Below, one piece after another: positions 42,946 to 57,200 of a stretch of 64,000 bases of DNA (the first letter of the stretch is position 1; each line of letters starts with the position of its first letter). The position numbers and the translations under genes are program-made. The DNA comes from Octopus vulgaris (lineage: Eukaryota). The notes below the pieces were generated by a model. It was not told the DNA's origin. It saw only the letters and a program-made list of their open reading frames with translations, and ran no database searches. The stretch lies in contig OX597831.1 in NCBI GenBank assembly GCA_951406725.2, positions 21,452,001 to 21,516,000 on the forward strand, in the 5' to 3' direction.

Positions 42946-43340
42946 GCGCAGGAGTGGCTGTGTGGTAAGTAGCTTGCTAACCAACCTCATGGTTCCGGGT
43001 TCAGTCCCACTGCGTGGCATCTTGGGCAAGTGTCTTCTGCTATAGCCCCGGGCCGACCAATGCCTTGTGAGTGGATTTGGTAGACGGAAACTGAAAGAAG
43101 CCTGTCGTATATATGTATATATATGTATATATGTGTGTGTATGTGTGTCTGTGTTTGTCCCCCTAGCATTGCTTGACAACCGATGCTGGTGTGTTTACGT
43201 CCCCGTCACTTAGCGGTTCGGCAAAAGAGACCGATAGAATAAATACTGGGCTTACAAAGAATAAGTCCCGGGGTCGATTTGCTCGACTAAAGGTGGTGCT
43301 CCAGCATGGCCGCAGTCAAATGACTGAAACAAGTAAAAGA
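42946..43340 (+). mobile_element. SINE family B, full length
   Basis: Complete head, internal microsatellite and tail. Confidence 0.92.
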
Positions 43341-43432
43341 GAGAGAGAAAGATATATATATATACATGCATATGTATGTATGAATGCATGTATGTGTACA
43401 TGTATGCATGTATGTGTGAGTGTGCCTGTACG

Positions 43433-43467
<35 letters not shown>

Positions 43468-44303
43468 GTATGTATGTGTGTATGTATGTATGAATGTATG
43501 TATGTATGTCTGTTTGTATGTATGTATGTATGTATGTATATATGTATGTATGTATGTATGTACGTATGTAGGTAGGTATCTATGAATGTTTGGTATGTAT
43601 CATGTATTGAATATATCCAACAGCATTTAAAGATAAATCTAATTACTATGCAATAACATCCTTCTGTGGAATCGTATTTCCTGATTCAAGTAATTTGTCT
43701 GGTGTTAATTAGGTTATTCGCATAAAATAAAGAGAATTTTAAATAGGTAATTCTGTCGTGTGATGAAACTCAGATGTGCATTTAAGTCAGGTATAAATGT
43801 CACCATATATTCGAGGCGGATTCTGCCGCTTTTTATCAAACTGTATCATAATCACTCGTAATGTTCCGGTGATCTGATGATGTAGCTTTCTTTAAATGTG
43901 TTATGTGAGAATATACAATTATATTATTACAGGTAAGTTCACCACCATCAATGCACCTTGAAGAACTTTCACTGTGAGGAAAGTTCATCGCGTGGAAAGT
44001 TTACGGGGGTATTCATATCTCAATGTTAGTTGTTAAAAACTATTTTACTGAAAAATACCCCCCCCCCAAAAAAAAAGATTCCCCAGTGTATTGGTGATTA
44101 GATAGTAGTGAACTTTCCTTGCGGTGAACTGATGAGAGTGAACTTGCCGGACGTGCAATTATACTGCATTGTGTTATTCTGAACATACACATTGGTACAA
44201 ACATGTACGTATACTTTTGTACTCTGAAATTAAACAAAGACGACTATGTGTATGTATATATATATATATATATAGAAAAAAAGCAACAAGAATGGATTAA
44301 AAT

Positions 44304-44389
44304 CTCGGTACAATCGTTTCGTACGAGGACATCTTTAATAAGCTACAAAAAATGCAGTGAATACAGATGGCTCGTACTCGTCAGCCGAA
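44304..44389 (-). ncRNA. Type I hammerhead ribozyme with elongated stem II
   Basis: Minus strand UCGG / CUGACGA / GUACGAG...CUCGUAC / GAAA / C-GAUU-G / UA / CCGA, about 30 bp from a (TA)n tract. Confidence 0.8.
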
Positions 44390-45149
44390 AAAACATCAGA
44401 GAATTCCCAAACATCAAAAGGGGTAGATACAAAAGAGGGTGTAAGATTAACTGCATTGAAGAAAGTTCGATTCATGGAGATCCGATGAAAGGTTTTAAAC
44501 TTACAGAATTTGTGCATGTCTACATATAGCTCATATTGAATTGCTAATCAAGTTGTGTGAAGAAATTTTCGGATACAGTCATGCAAAATTTCTGAAAATC
44601 CGAGTAAGAAGCAATTGTTGGGCTACAAACAGGTATGCTGGTGAAACGCGCGTATATCAACTTGTGTTTAGCCTTAATTCTCGTTTATATACATGCCTTT
44701 ATATATATATGTATATAATTATAAAATTATATAAATATACATATATATATATACGTGTGTGTGTGTCTGTGTGTATCGTATAATCTCTTTCGTTGGTTTC
44801 ACTGTCGGAATATCGAACTGTGCAGCAGAAAAAAAATTCCATCCTATGATCGTGTCACTAAACCACGAGGAGATATGCACAGAAGGCCAAAATATTATCT
44901 ACTGATTGAATTGTCAGTAAACAGGACGGATGTGATAAGTCTATTTTATGTAACATGTTCTATATTGATCATCTGAATCGACCGCTCGTTCCGTGTTGTT
45001 AATGTGAATATATTATATACATAAAAGTGTCAACACCACATTGTTTCACATTTTGACACATTTGAAATCTTTAGCGTAAGCGTTTCTATAAAGCATGTCA
45101 GAAACGAGTGTGCCTGCATCATCCATAAAATATTGGAAATGATAAAAGA

Positions 45150-45497
45150 CACAATCGAAACTGAATAAAGGGAGGCCTCATGAAACGGCCACATTAAACA
45201 AATAAGAAGGCCAGGATATTGTAAGGTAATATATTAGACGGCCATGATATTCAACAATGAAATACAGAGAATTTAGGAGAATTCAAAACTGACGGCAAAT
45301 AAGTGAAATGAATTGAAGAAAGAATATTTTATAGAATACAGAAACCTTAGTACAGTTTGTAAGAAGTGGTAGAAGATGAGGCGAGAAATATTGGAACACT
45401 AAACAACATGGCTACATTATTGGTGACATAACACTTTGTCATTGGCGTAAAATCACGGGGTTGTGTACGTAGGACGGTGATGATCTATGACGGCAGT
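45150..45497 (+). mobile_element. Old RTE-like LINE 3' remnant
   Basis: RTE-style terminus GTGATGATCTATGACGGCAG, similar to ~7310-7332. Heavily decayed. Confidence 0.3.
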
Positions 45498-46197
45498 AAT
45501 TACATCGTAGATAGAAGCGTTTATTGAGTTTGATACAATTAATTAGCTACCGAGGGAAGTGAATGCTTTAACGTTTCTGTTTTGAGCCGGTTTATAGAAC
45601 GAAGGAGAGACAGAGATAGAGAAAGTGTGTATATTGTCATTTAGCTTGTCGCTGTTGCGGTTTTCGTCGTCGTAGTTGAGTTATACATGCATTTACTTAA
45701 TTCTAATGCTGTTACAAGAGCGTATCTTGATATACAAGTCATATATTGGGGTAAAAGGAATTGACAGGTCTCTTGCAGAAAATAGATTCGTGTTTCAGTG
45801 GTGATGTTGTAGAATCTGGATTTCATTCTTCTTTGTGTGCGTCTCTCTCTCACTCTCTGTCTCTCTGACTGCCTGCCTGTATATCTGTTTGTCTATCTGC
45901 CTGTCTACCTTTCTCCCCCCCCCTCTCTCTCGCTCCCTCTCCTTCTCTTAGAATCGACTCTACTGTACTTTGTGAAACGTTGTAGATAACCTCTTTCCAT
46001 AAATGGAGAAGTCGCTAAGTGAGAGGCAATTAACATTTTCTCATAGAATAAATGCTGGTTTCTTCCTGGAAGCATCTTAAAACGGACTAAAATACAGTGT
46101 AGCACAGAACAGAAACCAAAGATACTTTAGTAAATACAAGTTGATGTCTCTATGGATATATGTACAATATAAGTGGTCTGTGCATTATACACTAGTC

Positions 46198-46429
46198 TTT
46201 TACTATTTTACTTGTTTCAGTCATTTGACTGTGGCCATACCGGAGCACCGCATTTAATGAAGAAAATCGACTCCAGGACTTATTCTTTGTAAGCCTAGTA
46301 CTTATTCTATCGGTCTCTTTTGCCGAACCGCTACGTTACGGGCACGTAAACACACCAGCATCGGTTGTCATGCGATGTTGGGGGGACAAACACAGACACA
46401 CAAATATATACACACACATACATACATAC

Positions 46430-46463
<34 letters not shown>

Positions 46464-46637
46464 CTGTATAAACATATATACGACGGGCTTCTTTCAGTTT
46501 CGGTCTACCAAATCCACTCACAAGGATTTGGTCGGCCCGAAGCTATAGTAGAAGACACTTGCCCAAGATGCCACGCAGTGGGACTGAATCCGGAACCATG
46601 TGGTTGGTAAGCAAGCTACTTACCACATAGCCACTCC
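46198..46637 (-). mobile_element. SINE family B
   Basis: Near full length; interrupts the duplicated segment. Confidence 0.9.
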
Positions 46638-46828
46638 TCGTTTTGTTTTTTGTTTTTATAGTATAAATTATTGAAATATGGAGTAGCTTTTCTGGTGTAT
46701 GAGCTCACATAATTTTCAATTTTTAGGAGTAAACAGTAAAATATAATTTACCACAGTATTATTAGGATAAATCGAATGGCCACGGTTTTATTAGTATAAA
46801 CAGGATTGCTACATTATTATTAGCGAAT

Positions 46829-47000
46829 AGGCGCAGGAGTGGATGTGTGGTAAGTAGCTTGCTTACCAACCACATGGTTCCGAGTTCAGTCCCACTGCGT
46901 GGCACCTTGGGCAAGTATGTTCTACTATAGCCTCGGGCTGACCAAAGCGTCGTGAGTGGATTTGGTTGACAGAAACTGAAAGAAGTCCGTCGTATATATG

Positions 47001-47031
<31 letters not shown>

Positions 47032-47243
47032 CTGTGTGTCTGTGTCTGTGTCTGTGTTTATCCCCCAACATCGCTTGACAACCGATGCTGGTGTTTTACC
47101 TCCCGGTAACGTAGCGGTTCGGAAAAAAGAGACCGATAGAATAGGTACTAGGCTTACAAAGAGTAAGTCCTGGGATCGATTTCTTCGACTAAAGGCGGTG
47201 CTCCAGCGTGGCCACAGTCAAATGACTGAAACAAGTAAAAAAA
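46829..47243 (+). mobile_element. SINE family B
   Basis: Full length; head-to-head with 46198-46637. Confidence 0.9.
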
Positions 47244-47378
47244 AAGAAAGGACTCGACTGGAATACTTTCATCTGGGCTACATTGAAACTAAACAAAAAA
47301 AGCACAATAGACAAGAACTTAATAGATACAAAATTCTTTATTTTGCTGGCTGTGTGGTAAGTAGCTTGTAGCTTGTGA

Positions 47379-47699
47379 GGGCGCGTGGCTTAGTGGTTAG
47401 GGTATTCGGCTCATGATCGTAAGGTTGTGAGTTCGATTCCCGGCGACGCGTTGTGTCCTTGAGCAAGACACTTTATTTCACGTTGCTCCAGTCCACTCAG
47501 CTGGCAAAAATGAGTTGTACTTGTATTTTAAAGGGTCAGCCTTGTCACTCTCTGTGTCACGCTGATTATCCCCGAGAACTACGTTAAGGGTACACGTGTC
47601 TGTGGAATGCTCAGCCATTTGCACGTTAATTTCACGAGCAAGCTGTTCCGTTGATCGTATCAGCTGGGACCCTCGTCGTCGTAACCGGCGGAGTCTTTA
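47379..47699 (+). mobile_element. SINE family D (alternative tail) nested in a family B head, with a 12-bp TSD
   Basis: TSD AGCTTGTAGCTT at 47363-47374 and 47700-47711; clean A and B boxes (TGGCTTAGTGG / GAGTTCGATTCC). Confidence 0.9.
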
Positions 47700-48388
47700 A
47701 GCTTGTAGCTTACTTACGAACCATATGGTTCCGGGTTCAGTCCCACCGCGTGGCACCTTGTGAAAGTGTCTTCTACTATGAACTCGAGCCGGCCAAAGCC
47801 TTGTGAGTGGATTTGGTAGACGGAAAATCTAATACATATATATGACGGGCTTCTTTCAGTTTCCGTCTACCAAATCTACTCACAAGGCTTCGAGTCTATA
47901 GTAGAAGACACTTGCAGAAGGTGCCACGCAGTGGGACTGAACCCGGAACCATATGGTTCGTAAGTAAGCTACAAGCTACTTACAAAATAACATCGTTTAC
48001 GAAAATGACCAGCAAAAACAACTGCGAAACGTTTCTATATATGTACGGTCACAATAAAAATCTAAATAATTATCAATTCTACTAAGAATACAAGAACAAG
48101 GTGAGTGTATGTCTTATTCATGTCGATGTTATTGTTTAGGAAAACAATGTTAAAAGAGGTACAAAAGGATGTCACAATCACCCATACCAATAAAATGGTT
48201 GCAAACAAAACAAATGGTATTTAACGTAGACCAAGAAATAGAAATTCTGAGGACAATGCGATCAAAATAAAATTGTATATACACAGTAATATAAATATAA
48301 GCAAATCTCTTTATCCTTCGCTTTGATTTTCTGTCTGTTTGTCTGCCTGTGTGTCTGTCTGTCTGACACTGTCTCTCTCTCCATCTCG

Positions 48389-48441
<53 letters not shown>

Positions 48442-48447
48442 ACTGTG

Positions 48448-48592
<145 letters not shown>

Positions 48593-48601
48593 ATATATCT
48601 A

Positions 48602-48652
<51 letters not shown>

Positions 48653-48729
48653 CATTCAAGCAAATACAACTTCGAAAATATTGAGAAAAATCTCAAAATC
48701 CATCTCCAGTGCTTGGAAATGAGCAAATT

Positions 48730-49290
48730 TCACTCCTCTGGAACTTCACCGTCCAAACTGACAGTAAAATAGAAGCGAATAGGTCAGACATTATATTGAA
48801 AATCCTCAGACAAGAATCATGATTTCTCATTAATATGACTGTCCCAATCGACATAAATGTATCTGTCAAGACCTACCAAAAACTGAGCAAATATAAATAT
48901 CTTGATATAGAAGTTGGAATAATGTGTATCTTCAAGACTAACACAATACCTGTTGTCATAGGTGCCCTAGGAATGATAGCAAAACGGGCTGATTGCTACC
49001 TAGCTCAGGTACCAAAAAACCCCAAATTGGTAGAAACTCTAGAGAGTGCTCATGGAACTATCCATATCCTACGTAAAATATTGTCTATGTAATCTCATAT
49101 TTTAAAACAAACTTATAATTTTCTTGTTTTCTTAAACATTCTCCAGAACAATACTTTATGCAAAACCAAATGTATGACACTCTAGGTATAACACCGACTT
49201 GAACTTCTAACTTGTGGTCTCTTGATGTCTCTGGGTGAGACTTGGTGTCAACTTGTACAAATGTAAAGCAAAAGTAAATCATATAATAAA
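48730..49290 (+). mobile_element. R4/Dong-like non-LTR retrotransposon 3' end (restriction-like endonuclease domain plus 3' UTR)
   Basis: EANRSDII (cf. NRPDI), then MTVPIDINV...KLSKYKYLDIE...IPVVIGALG...HILRKILSM*. The UTR is homologous to 60205-60400. Confidence 0.85.
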
Positions 49291-49299
49291 ATTGATAAT

Positions 49300-49497
49300 T
49301 TCTACTATGGGCACAACGTCTAAAATTTTGGGGAGGGGGCCAGTTGATTAGATCGACCCCACTATGCAACTCGTACTTAATTTATCGAATCCGAAAGGAT
49401 GAATGGCAAACTCGACCTCGAGAGAATTTGAACTCAGAACGTAAAGCAGAGGAAATGCCGCTATCTATTTCTCCCTGCATGCTAACAATTCTGCCAA
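49300..49497 (-). mobile_element. SINE family C, decayed
   Basis: GTACTTAATTTATCGA..CCGAAAGGATGAA.GGCAAA...GAATTTGAACTCAGAACG. Confidence 0.75.
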
Positions 49498-49584
49498 ATA
49501 ATAATAATAATAAAAATAAAAATAATAATAATAATAATAATAATCATAATAATAATGATAATAATAATAATAATAATAATACTG

Positions 49585-50016
49585 TTTACTCTTTTAGACT
49601 TATTTGTTTCAGTCATTTCACAGTGGCCATGCTGGAGCACCGCCTTTAGTCGAGCAAATCGGCTCCCAGGACTTATTCTTTATAAGCATAGTACTTATTC
49701 TATCGGGTCTTTTGCCGAACCGCTACGTTACGGGGACGTAAACACACCAGCATCGATTGTCAAGCGATGTGGTGGTGGTGGTGGTGGTGGTGGTGGGGAA
49801 ACACAGACATAGAAACATATACACAGATACATATATACAAATATAATACATATATATGACGGGCTTCTTTCAGTTTCCGTCTACCAAATCCACCCACAAG
49901 GCTTTGGCCGGCTCGAGTCTATAGTAGAAGACACTTGCTCAAGGTGCCACGCAGTGGGACTGAGCCCGGAACCATATGGTTCATAAGTAAGCTACAAGCT
50001 ACTTACCACACAGCCA
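49585..50016 (-). mobile_element. SINE family B carrying a private GTAGCTT duplication
   Basis: The minus-strand head reads GGTAAGTAGCTTGTAGCTTACTTATGAACCATATGG. Confidence 0.88.
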
Positions 50017-50260
50017 GCAAAATAAAGAAATGTTCTTTCCCGAGTAATGTAGAATCATAGGGTTGCTCTCCCCGTTTCCATGGTCTATTTATTCCATAGT
50101 CTGTTGCCGGATTATTCATTTTGATTAAATGAGCGAAGTGAAGCAACGTAAAATGAAAGGTTTTCATCAAGAACATAATGCATCACCCAGCTCAGAAATC
50201 GAAACCACAATCTTACGATCATGCATCCAGCACCATAACCACTAAGCCAAGATCCCCCAC

Positions 50261-50580
<320 letters not shown>

Positions 50581-50795
50581 CCGTTTGAGCGGGATGGGCT
50601 ACTCAACCTGAAGAAAATTCGAACTGGGCCCCACCTGCAAGGTCATGTGCTGTTTATCTTGATATGAGATCACCATGTCGCGCACATATGGTTGTGATGC
50701 ATGTGCCTGGTGTACCTTTATCAGACGGGTAGTCATGATGGGACTTATATTTTCAGTGTCACGTTGATGGCATGAACTGCTCTCTCACTCAATGA

Positions 50796-50853
<58 letters not shown>

Positions 50854-51637
50854 GTAATAATAATAATAGTAATAATAATAATAATAACTAGCATTATTTG
50901 ACTGCTGTATATCCCATCAGTGCTGAAAGTGGAAAATCAAAAAGAATCTTCGCTGTGCTATTATTAACTCAGGCATAAACATATATATCAAAATCCTCGT
51001 TCATATATTTTGTTGACGTTACTCATGTTTGCAGGGAAATATCTTTGTCGTTGTTATATTTAATTGAACAATACATAAACATAATTGGTTACTATAGTAA
51101 CGTCTTCATTTTGGCTTGTTTCAATAATTTCCAATTTAATTTTAGAAGTTTTCCACTCAATTTATTCTTTTCTTGTCTCTATATAATAGTCATTGTTTCT
51201 TTTGTGTTTTAAATTATATTTTTTTTCACTATAGTTTATTGTGTCTAGTTTGAGAGTAAATAGTTGTATTGCGTCGGTCTCTTCTCTGAGTCATTGCCAA
51301 AGATATTTAACAGACTGCATACTAACCAGCAGTAATCACATTCTATATTTTGTAACGGTTACGTGACCGAGCTATTGAATAAATGATATCATATTTTAAC
51401 TAGGTAGAACTAGGAACAGTGTCCAATTGTATACTTAATGTGTGTCAGTGGTTAACGGAAGGCATTCGATGATTTTACCGTCCGAAAAGGATCTCGTGTG
51501 TGTAATATGGATAATTGATTCTAAGGGCGAAGTTCTATAAAGTATGTCTGCAAATCGATTCCAGTTTCTAGCAAACATAAACTTATATGCATGCATGCTT
51601 GCATGCATGTATGTATGTATGTATACATACATACATA

Positions 51638-51850
51638 TCGCCATGTTGATTCGCTAGCTTCTGCACGCATTCTTTTTCTCTTCTTGTTTCTCTCCGTGTT
51701 TCTTTTCTGTGTATCTTTTTGTTGAAGAGCGTAGGCTCGAAACGTAAAATACTTGTTTTATTTATATTCCTGAGCGCCATACTAATACAATTGTTTGTTT
51801 GTATTCCACCTGTCTTCGTCTTTTGTTTATTTTCATAAAGCTTCCCGTTA
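51638..51850 (+). mobile_element. PLE pseudo-LTR 3' end with variant HHR motif (~51716-51749)
   Basis: TTTGTTGAA-GAGC GTAG GCTC-GAAAC-GTA-AAA, then TTCCTGAGCG as at 15116; ends in (TA)n. Confidence 0.65.
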
Positions 51851-51884
51851 TATATATAGCTGTATGTATGTATATATATATATA

Positions 51885-52020
51885 TAGCTGAGTGAACTGA
51901 AACAACGTGAAATAAAGTGTCTTGCTCAAGAACACAACACGCAGCCTGATCCGGGAGGGATTCCAACTCACAACCTCACGATCGTAAACTCGACGCTCTA
52001 ACCACTGAACCATACGCCTT
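51885..52020 (-). mobile_element. SINE family D, 5' half
   Basis: Homologous to 59920-60049. Confidence 0.85.
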
Positions 52021-52158
<138 letters not shown>

Positions 52159-53409
52159 TAAGTGTATGTATGCTTGCATATACATGTGCTTTTGTATGTT
52201 TTCAGCCACGTATTGTAGAAAAGGTGTTTGATTAATCGCTTCTCTATCGCTACCACCGCCGCCGCCATCCCTAGTATGTCATATCTTCATCACCACATAT
52301 ATTGTTTCACTCCTGGACAATGAATGTGATAAGATAAATGATTATAGAGAAATGACGCGGACATCGTAGGTTTTACTCGAGGCAGTCTATCAATTACTCC
52401 CCCCCCTTTTCTCTCTCTATATCTTCTTTCTGTCTCTCTCCCTCCCTCCCTCCCTCTTTCGTTCTCTTTATTCCACTGTATAGTCTATTAATTACCGTCT
52501 ACACGGCTATACAACATATTTTATATCTAGTCTAACGACCTCTTGTACTGGAACAGCGCCACGATTATAGCAAAAATCTTCTCTTTCTACCAACATCTCT
52601 TTCTCATTCATTCATTCACTCACTCACTCACTCATTCACTCCCTACCTCATTCCTTCCCTCATTCACTCACTCAGTCAATCTCTTCGTTTCTCTCTTTCT
52701 CTGCTGGATTCCATAGCTACCTGTACGAATATATACCTTCGATTTATCATATTGTCCCCAAGTCGTGTTTGTATATTATTTATTTTTTCTTAATTATTTA
52801 ATCATTTATTATTCAGAATGTAGAGAGAGAGTTTCAGTGTGATTGGTTGGTATAAAACGGAAAAATAGAAAAAAAAAACCACAAAAAAAACATTCTTCAT
52901 TGAAAGACGACGAATTCTGAACCAAGAAGTGAATGCCCGCTAAATATGGCTTTTTTACGATGTTTGAAATAACAGCCAGTTCTTTCTCTGAAATCCGTCA
53001 AAAGTCTTAAAATAAGGACGCGCTGCTCTGCTCATGCATCGCACAACAACACATCACAATAGGTAGCAGTTCCAACATTCCACATCACACTCCAGCAATT
53101 GGAAACTTATATTCTAATACTCAAAACATAACGCATCGCTACAGTAGTTTAGTCTCGTGCACACAGCAGAATGTACAACTACACCTACGGCTCTACTGCT
53201 ACAATTTCTTAGATGTTGCAATTATCAGAATCAGAAACAATATCTCGACATAATTGTGTAGATCATATAATTATGTTTCTCGTGATGGTGTGAGGGCTAC
53301 TTTTGGCCTTTTCAATCCAGACGGCACCAGTTAGCTTCGTGGTTGTCTACTTGTCTACGTATATTTTAGAAAATTCGTGTTTTGTATAGATTTTTTAAGT
53401 AACATCAAC

Positions 53410-53516
<107 letters not shown>

Positions 53517-53859
53517 CATCTATATATCTATCTATCTATCTATCTATCTATTTATCTATCTATCAGTCTACAATTACATATACAAACATCATACATACAT
53601 ACACACATACATACATTCATATATATATATCGGACACAACACACAAGAGTAAACAAGAGAGACAGAGACAGGCAGAAACAAAGAAAATGCCACTTGTATT
53701 TGAACACTATACCAGTATTCTTTTAAAACACTTTTCATTTAAGTTTTCCAAAATTTAATTATTTAATTGTTACAGTTGAAAAAGTCTCAATGAGTGAAAC
53801 CAGTATTAGAATGTTTTTTATAAAATTATTTTAGCATTTTCTATCTTGACTTTTTTTCC

Positions 53860-53903
<44 letters not shown>

Positions 53904-54039
53904 TTGTGTCAGAAATTAATTAGCACTTCTCAAATTTCTACATTAAATAGGTTAAATCAATTAACCTATGAGCTGTTCAAAACGTCTTACGCGATGAGAA
54001 AACTTAGTATGGTGTGATTTCGGTCCTTGCGAGGCGCTA

Positions 54040-54230
54040 CCTATATCTATTAAACAAAGGAAGATTTGTCTGCATCCGCACTCCAAGTTGTTGTTGCACT
54101 GCTATGTCAACATCATAAGGGTGTAGACTCTCAAACTGCTCTGCAAACAAAGTTACGTCATCGTTCGGCGCAACAGTGAACTCGCAACAAAGCAATAGTT
54201 CGAGATATGGCCAGTAGGTGACAGCACATA
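54040..54230 (-). CDS. Candidate internal exon of an unidentified minus-strand gene or pseudogene
   Basis: Pyrimidine-rich acceptor TTTGCTCTTCACTCAAG and donor TAG|GTAGCG enclose a single open frame, ICAVTYWPYLELLLCCEFTVAPNDDVTLFAEQFESLHPYDVDIAVQQQLGVRMQTNLPLFNRY. Confidence 0.3.
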
Positions 54231-54320
54231 TCTTGAGTGAAGAGCAAATCAAGGGTGCTAATTAATTTCTGGCGGTAGTGTATATATGGAAAAAAAAGTC
54301 AAGATATATATATATCATAT

Positions 54321-54363
<43 letters not shown>

Positions 54364-54459
54364 GTATATATGTATATATAAATTTGCATGCAGCGTAATG
54401 ATGCTTAAAAAGCATACCCCTGCTAGAAATAAGAGCCAAAGTCTGAGTCATAAATTAAT

Positions 54460-54700
54460 CTACCGTACAGCACCAAGAGAACAGAGAAAAACAGTAGGCG
54501 AGGAAAATTGAAAGAATTAATACATTCAACAGTACAAAATAAAATATTATGCACTTTAGGACACCCACTTACCCAGGTTTCGTCTTTTGGGTATTTAATC
54601 CTTCAGTCTCTTCAGTGTGAACCACCTAGTAAGAATTCACGACCGTCACGTTAAACTCCGACCGTGCAACTGCTTTTGTTTTGCGCCAAAAACAGAGCAC
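54460..54700 (-). mobile_element. Decayed PLE-like end with HHR remnant (~54566-54619)
   Basis: Minus strand CACA-CTGAAGA-GAC...GAC-GAAAC-CTGG-GTA-AGTG; stem II is mismatched. Confidence 0.45.
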
Positions 54701-55304
54701 ATGGTGCAGAAAGATTATAAGCAAAACATTCAAACTCTAAGATTTGAAACAAGATGTCACTACTGTTAATATCATCTGTGGCTAAAGTTTAAAATTTCTA
54801 ACAGGTGTACACTTCATGCAAATTTATAATTCATACCTATATAATGCAATTTTGCCTGCGATCCACCTATGTTACTGCTGCTGATACCATCAATTTTATA
54901 CTTTATCCGCAGATGATATGAACAGTAGTTACATCTTATTTCAAATCTTAGTGTTTGAATGTTTTGCATATTAGGAAATGTAGTAGATAAAAATCTAGGC
55001 TACACATGTTTCATAGCTAGCAAAACCTCTGAAGAAGTGTTTATCCAAACGAAGGGTAATGGTTTGGATAATAATCTTGGATTTATATTCGCTCACACAC
55101 CAACCTCTGCTGCTAACCACAAGTTGTAAAACAATCTTTTCAGATTATCGAACTTCCATACGAGAAACATTTACTCTCTTTTACGTCAACAAACCACTAT
55201 TGTGTCTGAAATTTGCTTTCTATACCTTCTACGGACTGCTCGACTAACTTACTATTGTTTCATCTTAGGATCTAACTATACTTACACACATATACATACA
55301 TACA

Positions 55305-55339
<35 letters not shown>

Positions 55340-56031
55340 GTATATATATATATATATTTATACACACACACACACACACACACACAGACATATATATATA
55401 TATTTATACACACTCACCCACACCTACACCCACACACACGCATGTATGTTTCGTTTCTCTGTTTTTATATTTATGTTTTCGGTTCTCATTGTGTTCAACG
55501 TTTTTTGATGCCCTGTACCCATATATGCATGTATATGTACATATATATGTAGGTATGTACATTTTCTATATTATTTATATTATATATAAATATATATAAA
55601 TATATGTATATGCACACACACACACATAAATATATACCAATCGAAGGTGCCACTGTCCCTAGATCCATCCGGTTGGGAAGCAAACTTCTTGTGTATAATA
55701 TACACCACAACATACAACAGTTCTAATATCCCACACCAAACTACAGTACTGTAAAGTTATATTAACAGGCAGAAACCATACCATCGTTTGCTACACACCA
55801 GTTTATTCTCCTACATACATCACCTTGATGTATTACACCAACCGCTACTCCCATTGCATTTTCCAGGCAGTCAGTCATTTTCTATTTGATAGAAGACTTG
55901 CCAGAAACAAGGACAATATTTCGTTCCTAGTGACTGGTGTCTCTTTTAAATTATGAAGGACACTATACCCTACCATAATGGAGTTCAGCTTAGATATTTA
56001 CCCATTATTAAAACATAATAATTTACACATA

Positions 56032-56440
56032 GTCGCAGACGTGGCTGTGTAGTATGAAGCTTGCTTCAAAATCACATGGTTCCTAAATTCTGTACCACTG
56101 CGTGGCACCTTATGTTAGTGTCTTGTACTATAGCATCAGGCCAGCCGAAAACCTTGCGATGGGTGTTTGTGCATGTGCGTGTGTGTGTTTGTGCGTGTAT
56201 GTGTGTGTGTGTGTGTGGGGGGGCTTTGCGTCTGTAATTGTCCCCAGCACCGCTTGACAACCGGTGTTGGTGTATTTACGTCCCTGTAACATAGTGTTTT
56301 GGCAAAAAGAGACTGATAGAATAAGTATTTGACTTAACAGAAATAAGTATTGCAGTTGATTCATTCGACTAAACATTTCTACAGGCACTATTCAAGTATG
56401 GCAGCAGTCTACGTCTAATGAGTGAAACAAGTAAAAGATA
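56032..56440 (+). mobile_element. SINE family B, old diverged copy
   Basis: GTGGCTGTGTAG...CTGCGTGGCACCTT...CGCTTGACAACCGGTGTTGGTG...TGAAACAAGTAAAAGA. Confidence 0.8.
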
Positions 56441-56884
56441 CAAGGCTATTCAAACATAAACCAGAACATTTTTATTCGCAAAATAGATAGTCACATATGT
56501 GGTGTCACGCTTCGTATCATTCCTTTGTTGTATCGATTGCCCTTAATTAAATATGGCGGTTAAAACAAATCTTGAACGTATTGCAGTATTGATAATATAT
56601 AAAGAATTCTGAGGAGAAAATTGACTTGTTATAAAGAATTGACTGTTATGGTGATAAGAAACGATGGCCATTTTGAATTGTAAATATCTTCTATTATTTA
56701 TCCTTTCTATGTTTCAGTCATTAGACCGCAACCATCCTGGAGCACTGCCTTGAAGGACTTTTAGTCCTATGAATAATCGCCCCCACCCAGTATCTATTGA
56801 AAGCATGGTAATTATTCAATCCGTCTCTTTTGCCGACCTCTTTATTGACGAGACATATACTCACCAAGAGGTATGGTGGAGAAC

Positions 56885-56935
56885 AAACACAGACACACGC
56901 ACGCCCACACACACGCACGCCCACACACACGCACG

Positions 56936-57025
<90 letters not shown>

Positions 57026-57137
57026 TACACACGCACACACACACACAAATACACACACACACACACTCACGCACACACACACACACAAATACACACACAC
57101 AAATACACACACACAAATACACACACACACAACACAT

Positions 57138-57196
<59 letters not shown>
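56885..57196. repeat. Long (CA)n microsatellite at the internal-microsatellite position of a decayed family B SINE tail (56700-56890)
   Basis: Directly visible; adjoins GGAGAACAAACACAGACACAC. Confidence 0.85.

Positions 57197-57200
<4 letters not shown>

Noticed and set aside
43925-43937. Strong plus-strand splice donor CAG|GTAAGT
   Set aside because: I could not establish an open exon with an acceptor upstream.
53770-53810. HHR-like remnants (also 44570-44665 and 58105-58145)
   Set aside because: Only the GAAA half or a damaged core is recognisable, which is too degenerate to call.
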